Positions 53,450-64,000 of a stretch of 64,000 nt of DNA are shown piece after piece. Where the stretch lies: assembly GCA_044222185.1 (NCBI GenBank), contig JBGANV010000001.1:800001-864000 (forward strand), read 5' to 3'. The notes below the pieces were generated by a model. That model ran no database searches, was not told the origin of the DNA, and saw only the letters and a list, made by a program, of their open reading frames with translations. Every line of letters starts with the position of its first letter. Position 1 is the stretch's first letter. The position numbers and the translations under genes were made by a program. The DNA is from Planctomycetota bacterium. Lineage in GTDB: Bacteria > Planctomycetota > GCA-002687715 > CAIWVZ01.

Positions 53450-54538
53450 TCAACTCCTCTTGGGGCGGGTGTAGAAAGGCATCGGGATCCGCGTGGCACG
53501 AACGTGGTCTCCGCGGATGTCGATGGTGAGCGCACCGTCGGCGACGTCGGCCGATGCTTCGATCATGGCCGTCGCGATGTTCTTCGAAAGCGTAGGGGAG
53601 CGGGTTCCGCTGCAGATGGCGCCCACGGCCTTGCCGCGGGAATGCACGGCACATCCCTGGCGCGGGATTCGCGGGCCATCGGAGGTCAGGCCGATCAGCG
53701 TGCGCTTGGCGCCATTCTTGCGGATCTCCGCCAGGGCCGAGGCACCGAGCGACGGCGCCGTCTCGGACACGCCGAACGTCAGATGCGCTTCGTACGGGTT
53801 CGTGTTCCGATCGATCTCGTGGCCGTAGAGCGGCATGCCGGCCTCGAGCCGCAGCGTGTCCCGGCATCCGAGGCCGCAGGGGATCAGCCCCGACGGTTCC
53901 CCGGCCGCGGTCAGTCCGCTCCACACGTCATCGGCGCGGCGGCTGTCGACCAGGAGCTCGAAGCCGTCCTCGCCGGTGTAGCCCGTGCGCGACACGAGGA
54001 TGGGGCCGACGACCGACGGAAGGGTCGCGAACCGGTAGTACTTGATCTCGTCGTGACCCTTCAGGCCGAATCGTGCCAGGATCTCGACGGCTTTCGGTCC
54101 CTGGACCGCGACCATGGAGATGCGCTCCGAGTCGTCGATCACGGAGACGTTCAGACGCGCGGCGTGTTCGTGGAAGAAGGCCAGATCGGTCGCTCGGTTG
54201 CCCGCGTTGATCACGAGGAGGAACCCGTCCTCCTCGCGAGAGATCAGGATGTCGTCGAGGATGCCGCCGTCCGGCGCGAGCAGGAGCGCGTAACGCGTTC
54301 GGCCGGGCATGATCCCAGCGGCGTCTTGCGACTGGACGATCGTCGCGAGCTTCAGTGCGTCCGGGCCCTTGAAGCGCACTCGACCCATGTGTGAGAGGTC
54401 GAAGAGTCCGGCCTTCTGGCGGACGGCGTGATGCTCGGTCGTGATGTCCTTGTAGAGGACCGGCATCTCGTAACCGCCAAACTCCACGAGACGCGCCGAC
54501 AGGCGCTGGTGGATGTGATGGAACGGCGTCGTCTTCAT
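53450..54538 (-). CDS. gcvT: Glycine cleavage aminomethyltransferase T
   Basis: EH.AVR..GLFDLSHMG, SRTGYTGEDGFE, RDTLRLEAG.PLYGHE. Confidence 0.97.
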   Translation of the reverse strand: MKTTPFHHIHQRLSARLVEFGGYEMPVLYKDITTEHHAVRQKAGLFDLSHMGRVRFKGPDALKLATIVQSQDAAGIMPGRTRYALLLAPDGGILDDILISREEDGFLLVINAGNRATDLAFFHEHAARLNVSVIDDSERISMVAVQGPKAVEILARFGLKGHDEIKYYRFATLPSVVGPILVSRTGYTGEDGFELLVDSRRADDVWSGLTAAGEPSGLIPCGLGCRDTLRLEAGMPLYGHEIDRNTNPYEAHLTFGVSETAPSLGASALAEIRKNGAKRTLIGLTSDGPRIPRQGCAVHSRGKAVGAICSGTRSPTLSKNIATAMIEASADVADGALTIDIRGDHVRATRIPMPFYTRPKRS

Positions 54539-54594
54539 GCTCGTTCAGCCCTCTGGCGTTCGCTCCCCGGGAAAACAGGCGCCGCAAACCCTGT

Positions 54595-55143
54595 TCAGGA
54601 GGGGTCGCGGGTCTCGCCGGATACCGGAACGCGTGCGAGGCGATCGAGCAGATCGTCCCAGTCGACCGCCGAGGGGTCGGTGTTAGCAAGCGGCGGCAAC
54701 GACTGGAAGCGGTGGAACTCGTCGCCATCGACGAAGTCGGAGTGGGGCGGAGGAGGGCTCGCTTCGACGGCCGAAATCGGGATCCAACCACGAGCGGCGA
54801 GCGCGTCGGGATCGAGGCTGGCCGAGCGCGCCTCGACGGGGATCCGGCGTGCGGCGATCCGCTCGAGGACGTGCGGAGGGAACGAGTGACTGAGGAACGC
54901 CACGCTGTCCATGAGATAGGTGCGCCAGAAGACCTCGTGAGCCTCCTCGGCGCGACCGAGCCGCAGCAGAGCGCGCCCCCACAGAACGTGGCACGGAACG
55001 GAAAGCGGTGCATCGAAACATGCGCGGCGAAGCAGGCATTCCGCCAATCGAGCATTGCCCCGAGCGAGCAACCGTTGCGCGAGAAAACGCCGCAACGGCG
55101 CCAGGCAGAAACGTCGCCAATGGGACCGGATTCGGTCGAGCAT
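54595..55143 (-). CDS. Hypothetical TPR-like protein
   Basis: A...L..A...P....H...GRALLRLGR.EEA...F TPR pattern; acidic C-terminus; start uncertain. Confidence 0.6.
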   Translation of the reverse strand: MLDRIRSHWRRFCLAPLRRFLAQRLLARGNARLAECLLRRACFDAPLSVPCHVLWGRALLRLGRAEEAHEVFWRTYLMDSVAFLSHSFPPHVLERIAARRIPVEARSASLDPDALAARGWIPISAVEASPPPPHSDFVDGDEFHRFQSLPPLANTDPSAVDWDDLLDRLARVPVSGETRDPS

Positions 55144-55370
55144 GTCGCGTGAGGAGGCGGCCCACCCGTGGGGTGTCACGGGAACGGCCGAAAGCCATCG
55201 GCCGGCCACTATACAGGCCCGCATCCGGCGGTCAAACATCCTCCGGCCGGGGTGCCGTCCAGCGCGCGCCAGGCTTGCCGCCGCCTCGAGACCGCACCCG
55301 CGATCGACTGCGATTCCCGGGCCAGCTGGACCGATAAAGACAGGGATCAGCCCTCTGGCGGAGATGTTTC

Positions 55371-58300
55371 ATGGCCCTGAAGGGCGACCTGGTTTCGGCG
55401 GATCTGAGCAACTTGTTCCAGATGCTCTCGTTGAATCGCAAAACGGGAGTTCTGACGGTCCAGGATCGTGCAAACCCGCTGGTGCGGCGGCGTCTGTTCA
55501 TCGACGCCCAGACGATTCGTCTGGCCGACGGTCTCACCGGGCCGCTGCCCGTGGCTCTCCTCGTCGACTCGGAGCACGTCACCTACGAGCAGTGGGCGAA
55601 TGCGCGACGACAGGCCGAGAAGTATGGGCACGACCTCGCGTCGATGCTGCGTGCGCAAGGCGCGTTGTCGGCCGACGTCGAGGCCGCGCTGCGGGTCCGT
55701 GCCGAGAAGGAAGCCATCCTCGATGTCTTCCTGTGGCGCAACATTCGTTTCTGGCTCGACGAGGATGTCGCCCCACGCGATCTTGGCGCCTCCGATGGCT
55801 TGCTCGTCGATCACCTCGTGATGGAGGCCGCGCGCCGGCAGGACGAGTGGCACTTCGTCGTCGAGCGCACGGGTTCGCACCGGGACATCTTCCGGAGACT
55901 CCAAACGGACGAGGCCGCCCTCCAAGATCTCTCGGGGATGACGCGCATCGTGCTCGACCACGTCGACGGCGTGGACGCCGCACGCGAGATCATGCGGCGG
56001 ACGGGTCTGTCCAACTACTTCGTGGACGTCGCGCTGGCGGACCTCTTGGAGCGCGGATTGATCGCGAAGCTCACGCTGGATGAGCTCTCGGAAGGCGCGG
56101 ACCGGCTTTCCCAGTCGGGACATGCGCGTGAGGGGATCCGCCTCCTGCATTGCGCCCTGCGCTGCGATCGGACGAACGTCGAGACTCACAAGCGTCTTGC
56201 CGCGGCCTACCTCGACATCGGCGAGCACACGAAGGGGTGCGCGCACTACCGGTTCTGTGCGTCGTCTCTTCTCGCCACGGGGAACCGTCGAGAAGCGCTG
56301 AGCATCCTCCAACGTGTCTGGCAGATCCTCCCGAGTCACTTCGGCACTCTGGAGTCGATCGTGCGCATCCTCGCGGACGAGGACGTGGAGTTCACGCGGC
56401 AGGACCGCGCGTGTCTCGCGGACGCACGGAAACTCGTGACAGTCCTCCAGGACACCGGAGAGCTCGCGCGCGCTGCGGACCTGGCCGGACTCCTCGCGGA
56501 GATCAACCCGAGGGACCGACAGGCGGTGGGCACGTTCGCGCGAATCAACATGCGGCTCGGCCGTCGCGACAAGGCCGTCGAGGCGTATCTCGCTCTCGGC
56601 ACCGGGTTGCGCGAAGACGGCGAGTACAGCCAGGCCCTGGACGTGTTCCGGACGCTCGCGGCCATCGACGCCGGGTGCAACCGGATCTACGCCGAGCAGG
56701 TGAACGAACTGCGGATGCACGTTGAGCTGAAGCGCCGTCGCTCGCGCCGCGGGCGATCGCGCAGGCTCGCGATGTTCGGCGCCGGGTGTCTCTGCGTGAT
56801 CTGGGGCGGCTACGTCCTGCTCGGCGAGCATGCCCTTTCCGCGCTCGACGAGGCCGCTCCCACCGATCCCGCGGCCCAGGAGTCGCTCGGGACCGAGTAT
56901 CGCCATCTGGGGAGTCTCTACGCGCTGACGCCGGCGGCGTCGCGCGCGAACGCGAAGGCCGAGTTCTGGTTCGACGCGGCACGCCTCCAACATGAGGCCG
57001 AAAGCGTCCGCATCGCGAAACTCACGGAGGACCGGGCGCGGCGTCAGGCTCGTGCCGAGGAGGACGCCGCTGCGGCCGAGCGCCTCATGAAACGTGGCGA
57101 GCTCGGTGCGGCCGTCGAGCGTCTCGAGGGGGCTTTGCGGGCAGCACCCGAGACGGAGGGCCCGTTCTGGGACGAGGTCCGGCGCTCGCTCGGCGACGCG
57201 CGGCAATATGTTCACGGCGCTCGCGCGCTCCTGTCGCGCGCCGAGGCACTCGATCTGACGGACCCGGCCGCGGCGTTCCGGCTTCGTGCCGACGCGGCCC
57301 GGGAGTTCGGGCACTTCGACGAAGTGAAGGCGCTCCAGTTCCACGTCACCATCGACACGGTGCCGCCCGGTGCCTGGCTTGCCGTGGACGACGGCATCCA
57401 CGAAGGGCACGCCCCGATCCAGGCCTCCGTCGGCGGACAGAAGCCCGTGCGCGTCGACGCCCGCGCGCCCGGATGCATCGCGAAGTCGGTGACGATCCCG
57501 TTCCCACCGAGCGGTCCGCGCGTCGAGATCGTCCTCGATCGGTTGGCTGCGTTGAGCGTCGACCTCGGGGAACCGCTCGTCGCCGTCGTTCCCGTCTCCT
57601 CGACACGCGCGTTGGTCGCGGCGCGGAACGGCCGCATGCACGTCGTCGACACGCGGGGCGGGCAGATCATCACGAAGTACGCGCCCGACACCATCGAACT
57701 GCAGACCGCCGCGCCCGTCGTCTCCGGCGACCGGATCCTGGTCCGGCTCGCCGACGGCCGCTGCCGCATCCTCGAGATGAACGGACTTCGGAGCGCCCGA
57801 CAGGTCCAGTTCGAATCCAAGGTTCCTGTGGCCGCGATTCCCGTTCCGGACGGGTGGATCGTCGTCGATGGCCCGGGTCGCATCGTCCGACTCGATCGCG
57901 ACGGAGTGGTTCGCCACGAGATTCGATTGCCGGACGGAGTCACGGTCGCGCGGGTGGCAGTCGCCACGGACGGAACGGTCGTGGCGGCAACGTCGAGCGG
58001 CGTCGTCGGCGTCGACCTCGAAGGCGCCACGCTCCGCCCGCTCGTTCCCGGGCCAGCGTCCGGCGTCGCGCCCGGCGCGGATGGAGGCATCGTCGCCACG
58101 TGCGGCCGCCGCCTCGTGCAAGTGGGGCTGACTGGCGCTGGCCACCGCGAGCTTGCCACGTTCGATGCCGATACGACCGGCGTCGAGCGGCTCGGTCCGG
58201 ACCTGTGGCTCGTCCGTTTGGGACCGAAGGACGCCGCAGTCTGGGGACGTGGTTCGAAGCCCGCGCGGATCGCCGTGCCGGCAGCGCTTGCGCCAACGGC

Positions 58301-58493
58301 CGCGATCGTCGATGGAGGGGGCCAACGTGTCGCCCTGATGCTCGAGAGCGGTTGGTGCGGGGTCTACGACACGACGACCGGACGCTGCGTCGCGGGCCAC
58401 TCCTGCGATCCAGGCAGCACGCCCGCGTTCGTCGGGAACATGTTCGTGGCGGGCCACGAACGCGGGTCGTTGTCCTTCACGACGGACGGGTGA
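55371..58493 (+). CDS. DUF4388 + TPR + TM + PEGA-like + PQQ-like beta-propeller protein
   Basis: MALKGDL...LFQML...KTGVL, LVMEAARRQDEW, TPR array, TM LAMFGAGCLCVIWGGYVLL, IDTVPPGA, C-terminal propeller blades. Confidence 0.88.
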   Translation: MALKGDLVSADLSNLFQMLSLNRKTGVLTVQDRANPLVRRRLFIDAQTIRLADGLTGPLPVALLVDSEHVTYEQWANARRQAEKYGHDLASMLRAQGALSADVEAALRVRAEKEAILDVFLWRNIRFWLDEDVAPRDLGASDGLLVDHLVMEAARRQDEWHFVVERTGSHRDIFRRLQTDEAALQDLSGMTRIVLDHVDGVDAAREIMRRTGLSNYFVDVALADLLERGLIAKLTLDELSEGADRLSQSGHAREGIRLLHCALRCDRTNVETHKRLAAAYLDIGEHTKGCAHYRFCASSLLATGNRREALSILQRVWQILPSHFGTLESIVRILADEDVEFTRQDRACLADARKLVTVLQDTGELARAADLAGLLAEINPRDRQAVGTFARINMRLGRRDKAVEAYLALGTGLREDGEYSQALDVFRTLAAIDAGCNRIYAEQVNELRMHVELKRRRSRRGRSRRLAMFGAGCLCVIWGGYVLLGEHALSALDEAAPTDPAAQESLGTEYRHLGSLYALTPAASRANAKAEFWFDAARLQHEAESVRIAKLTEDRARRQARAEEDAAAAERLMKRGELGAAVERLEGALRAAPETEGPFWDEVRRSLGDARQYVHGARALLSRAEALDLTDPAAAFRLRADAAREFGHFDEVKALQFHVTIDTVPPGAWLAVDDGIHEGHAPIQASVGGQKPVRVDARAPGCIAKSVTIPFPPSGPRVEIVLDRLAALSVDLGEPLVAVVPVSSTRALVAARNGRMHVVDTRGGQIITKYAPDTIELQTAAPVVSGDRILVRLADGRCRILEMNGLRSARQVQFESKVPVAAIPVPDGWIVVDGPGRIVRLDRDGVVRHEIRLPDGVTVARVAVATDGTVVAATSSGVVGVDLEGATLRPLVPGPASGVAPGADGGIVATCGRRLVQVGLTGAGHRELATFDADTTGVERLGPDLWLVRLGPKDAAVWGRGSKPARIAVPAALAPTAAIVDGGGQRVALMLESGWCGVYDTTTGRCVAGHSCDPGSTPAFVGNMFVAGHERGSLSFTTDG

Positions 58494-59218
58494 ATCGCAT
58501 GGACGTCGATCTCGAAACCAGTCGACTCACGTTTCACGTGGCGTTCATGGGGCCGGGTGTGGCGACCCGATGGCAGAAACTCCACCCAGGTCGCGACGAC
58601 CGAGCGATCGACGCGCAGGTCGCAGTGTTTCATGCGAACGGAGATCGAATCCTCATCTCCCGTCGGATGGTGGAATCGGGCGACGCGGGCCACGGCCTGA
58701 CGACACAACTGCAGTCCATCGTCGTTCCCGGTCAACCGCGTGCGGCCGCCCTCGAGCGGTTGATCTACAAGACGGTGGACGCCGTCGTGTTCGTCCCATC
58801 CGGGCGGCCCGAGGACGCGACTCGCAACGAAGAACAGCTTCTCCGGGTGACGCGGCTGCTCGAGGCATCGGGCCGAGATCCTCGCGAGACCGTCCTCGGT
58901 GTCCTGGGTTCCGCCGACGCCTGTGCGTTCGCGCGACGTGCAGTCGGCCACTGGCGACCGCGGTTCCTCGCGAGCTCCCTCGGCTCGGTCGCCGAGCTTG
59001 GAGATGCGGCATCTGACGTGACGGCGGAACTGGTCGATCGCGTGAAGGACCTGGACGACGTGCGTGCGGCCGTCGGGGAGTCGCGCCATGTGGAGGAATC
59101 GACCGCGACGTTGGCCCGCGTCCTGGCCCGCCCGCGGACGCGAGAGCGCCTTCTCGTCGTCGCGTTGGTGGGAGCGGCCGCTCTCGCCGGATTGCTCGTC
59201 GGGGTGCTCGCGAGCTGA
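58490..59218 (+). CDS. MglA-like degenerate small GTPase with C-terminal TM anchor
   Basis: GTGA overlap with the upstream gene; FMGPG, GDRIL, VPGQ and LIYKTVDAVVFV align with MglA; GKT and NKxD are absent; hydrophobic C-terminus. Confidence 0.7.
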   Translation: MNRMDVDLETSRLTFHVAFMGPGVATRWQKLHPGRDDRAIDAQVAVFHANGDRILISRRMVESGDAGHGLTTQLQSIVVPGQPRAAALERLIYKTVDAVVFVPSGRPEDATRNEEQLLRVTRLLEASGRDPRETVLGVLGSADACAFARRAVGHWRPRFLASSLGSVAELGDAASDVTAELVDRVKDLDDVRAAVGESRHVEESTATLARVLARPRTRERLLVVALVGAAALAGLLVGVLAS

Positions 59219-59255
59219 TCGCGCGCCACCTTGGGGCCCGCGGCCGCCGCCGTGG

Positions 59256-61961
<2,706 letters not shown>

Positions 61962-61978
61962 CGGGCGCCGAGGCCGGT

Positions 61979-62581
61979 TCAGTTTCCGCCCTTGGCCGGG
62001 AGCGCCACGCCGCCGTCTGGGAACTCGCTGCGCTGGTTGCGCATGGCGATGGCTTGCACCACTCCCTTCACCTCGGTGAAGAGCATGAGGTCCCTCTGGC
62101 CCGCCACGTCGTTCTGCCCGTTCGGGCGGTAGCCCAGCATCTTCGTCTTCGAATTCCCACGCTCGACGTACACGATGCCCTGGTACCTCGGGATGTCGCG
62201 CGCTCGCGTCGAGATGAATTGCTCGTCGCCCTGAACGAACGGCGTGGCCTTCGTCGAGTAGCCGCGCGCGTCGATGCTTTGGATCAAGGCATCCATCTCG
62301 TCGTCCGAGATGACGAAGTACGACCGGCTTCCGTCCTGGAGCGCGATCGCCAGACGCCCGTCACGGGATTTGCGCCAGCTGTGGCTCTCGTTCACGAAGA
62401 TCATGAGCACGTCGTTCTTCGACTGATACATCATCACCCGGGAATCGGTGCCGGACGGCGTGGACTTCCGCGCCTCGGGTGTGTCGGTCGAGCTGCGGCC
62501 CGAGGATCCGCCGGTGCCCGAGCAGGCGATCGTCAGCGAACAAACGGCGATGATGGACGCGAGGAGTGTGTTGCGCAGCAT
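61979..62581 (-). CDS. Hypothetical lipoprotein
   Basis: Lipobox LTIAC, Ser/Gly linker, globular domain; co-oriented upstream of kdsB. Confidence 0.8.
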   Translation of the reverse strand: MLRNTLLASIIAVCSLTIACSGTGGSSGRSSTDTPEARKSTPSGTDSRVMMYQSKNDVLMIFVNESHSWRKSRDGRLAIALQDGSRSYFVISDDEMDALIQSIDARGYSTKATPFVQGDEQFISTRARDIPRYQGIVYVERGNSKTKMLGYRPNGQNDVAGQRDLMLFTEVKGVVQAIAMRNQRSEFPDGGVALPAKGGN

Positions 62582-62745
62582 GGTGGGGTCCCGTCCAGGG
62601 AGGGTGCAGAGCGGCGGATCGTACCGGGCGCCGGTTGTGGATCAATCAGCCCGCGGCGGATCGGCAAACGTCCGCCGTGCGTGGCAGGGGGAGGGTGCCT
62701 CGAGATCCGCACGCCGATCGCTTGTGGATTGTTGTGTTTCGCGCC

Positions 62746-62774
62746 TTGACCGTCGCTGCGCACGCCCCTAAACT
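62746..62774 (+). promoter_or_regulatory. Sigma70-like promoter TTGACC-N17-TAAACT
   Basis: Near-consensus hexamers with a 17-nt spacer upstream of the LysM gene. Confidence 0.65.
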
Positions 62775-62858
62775 CGGGCCGCAACGGTTGGCGCCACCGG
62801 TGTCCCAGTTTTCTGGGCGCGGTCCCGGTGGTGAGAATGCGGATTCTGGAGCCGGTCC

Positions 62859-63611
62859 ATGGGAAATCTCGAGAAGGCAGGCGTCCTCGTCGTGGTCGCC
62901 TTGCTGGCTGTCATCCTCGTCGTCGCTTTCATGAACAATCCCGAACCGGGCCCGAGCACACAGCTCGATGCTCACGCCAAGGGGCTGACGGCCGGTGCAG
63001 GCGACCTGGTCCAAAAACCGACGCCGTCACAGCCACAGGAAGCTCCGAAGACTGAGCCGAAGGTCAACACGCCGCCGACCGACCCCAACGGCGACGACGT
63101 GCTGCACCCGCGCGGCGGGAAGAAGCCCGTCACACAGGACGGCGATCGCAAGGTGGACGATGCGGCAAAGGGCGGACAGCCGCAGGCGAAATCCGATCCG
63201 AAGGAACACGAGTCGGGCACGCCGCCGACTGACCCCAATGGCGCGGGAAAGGGTGGAAAGGTCGAATCCCCGCCGGCGCCGGCAGCTGGGTCCGCCTACC
63301 CGAAGAAGGTGAAGGTCGGGGCGAAGGATGGCTCGCTCTGGGCGATTGCGGTGCGCGAATACGGCGCGAAGACCGGACCGAAGATGCTGAAGGCGATTCA
63401 GGCGGCGAACCCGAACGTCCGCCCGGACGCGATGAAAGTCGGGCAGGAACTGACGTTGCCGGCCCCGCCCGAAACAGCCGCCGCCCCGGAAGTGGCGAAG
63501 ACGGACGCGACGAAGCCCGAGAACTCGAAGACGACGTCCCGCGCCGCCGCGAAGAAGCCGGCCGGGACCAACGAGAACAAGCCGCGCCACCTGCCGTTCA
63601 CGCCGCACTGA
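62859..63611 (+). CDS. Membrane-anchored LysM domain protein
   Basis: N-terminal TM, Pro/Lys-rich linker, SLWAIAVREYG...IQAANP......MKVGQELTLP. Confidence 0.88.
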   Translation: MGNLEKAGVLVVVALLAVILVVAFMNNPEPGPSTQLDAHAKGLTAGAGDLVQKPTPSQPQEAPKTEPKVNTPPTDPNGDDVLHPRGGKKPVTQDGDRKVDDAAKGGQPQAKSDPKEHESGTPPTDPNGAGKGGKVESPPAPAAGSAYPKKVKVGAKDGSLWAIAVREYGAKTGPKMLKAIQAANPNVRPDAMKVGQELTLPAPPETAAAPEVAKTDATKPENSKTTSRAAAKKPAGTNENKPRHLPFTPH

Positions 63612-63656
63612 TCGATCGGATCCACCGGCGCCGCGTGGCACACACCACGATCGGAG

Positions 63657-63687
63657 AACGCGACCCCTCGGTCGCGTTTTTTCTTTT
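63657..63687 (+). terminator. Intrinsic terminator
   Basis: AACGCGACC-CCTC-GGTCGCGTT followed by TTTTCTTTT. Confidence 0.85.
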
Positions 63688-63847
63688 CCTCACGCGAGGT
63701 TCACGGCGCGGCCGGCTCGCGTGTGGTGGCCACCGATGATCTCGATCGGGCGGTTCGACCGACCTTGAAGGTGGCAGTGCACGTCGGGGGCCGATGCTCT
63801 GCGGCGGGCCTCGTCAGAAGCGCAGGCGTTCCCAGCCCCGGGCGCGA

Positions 63848-64000
63848 TCACAAGAGCGCATAGCGCGTGTCGCGTTGGCGCGCCGTCATTCCGGCCCGCT
63901 CGATGGCGCCGCGAAGCGCCGCCTCTTCCATGCAGCTGTACTTGGATCCGGCCTGCGAGACGACGTTCTCCTCCATCATGGTTCCGCCCATGTCGTCGCA
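63848..64000 (-). CDS. 3' end of an MqnC/CofH-family radical SAM gene (partial)
   Basis: Translates CDDMGGTMMEENVVSQAG...IERAGMTARQRDTRYALL*, the C-terminal signature of MqnC/CofH. Confidence 0.8.
   Translation of the reverse strand, partial: CDDMGGTMMEENVVSQAGSKYSCMEEAALRGAIERAGMTARQRDTRYALL

Noticed and set aside
54539-54594. Glycine riboswitch upstream of gcvT
   Set aside because: The gap is about 55 nt and lacks the GGAGA/CCGAAG/CTCTCAGG elements.
55347-58457. 1036-aa minus-strand ORF
   Set aside because: Antisense shadow of the DUF4388 gene; stop-poor frame caused by high GC, with no motifs.
62635-62731. DnaA boxes / replication origin (two TTGTGGAT)
   Set aside because: Only two imperfect boxes, no AT-rich unwinding element and no dnaA/dnaN nearby.

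Overview
High-GC bacterial window with Gram-negative markers (kdsB, ydbH-ynbE-ydbL). A Planctomycetota origin is an inference from the kdsB-pyrG-DUF1844 order and the style of the exported proteins. Left part (~1-41 kb) is accessory: modular exported proteins (two GEVED paralogs plus a third gene with the same C-terminal half), a DGPF/ECF42 sigma module with its promoter, ydbH-ynbE-ydbL, arsR-arsC-arsM-acr3, M28 and C1 peptidases, a coupled acyltransferase + PEP-utiliser/RPH-architecture pair, the Hen1-Pnkp RNA repair pair, a desaturase, a REP-like hairpin cluster, a DUF3303-like pseudogene and an ECF/ZAS anti-sigma pair. Right part (~41-64 kb) is more housekeeping: S46 peptidase, RRM protein, NagB-PIG-L fusion, mazG-like/rsmG, gcvT-H-PA-PB with lipoate ligase, pyrG, kdsB, a LysM protein and the 3' end of an MqnC/CofH-like gene. 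Best novelty candidates: (i) a DUF4388-TPR-TM-PEGA-beta-propeller protein coupled to a tail-anchored MglA-like protein that lacks its P-loop; (ii) a recurring Q..S(N/Q)(A/G)..hG beta-rich module in six exported proteins; (iii) the acyltransferase/PEP-utiliser pair; (iv) structured non-coding segments at ~38.9-39.1 kb and ~44.1-44.4 kb. No rRNA, tRNA, CRISPR array or transposase was recognised. All calls come from visual motif recognition; no database search was run.
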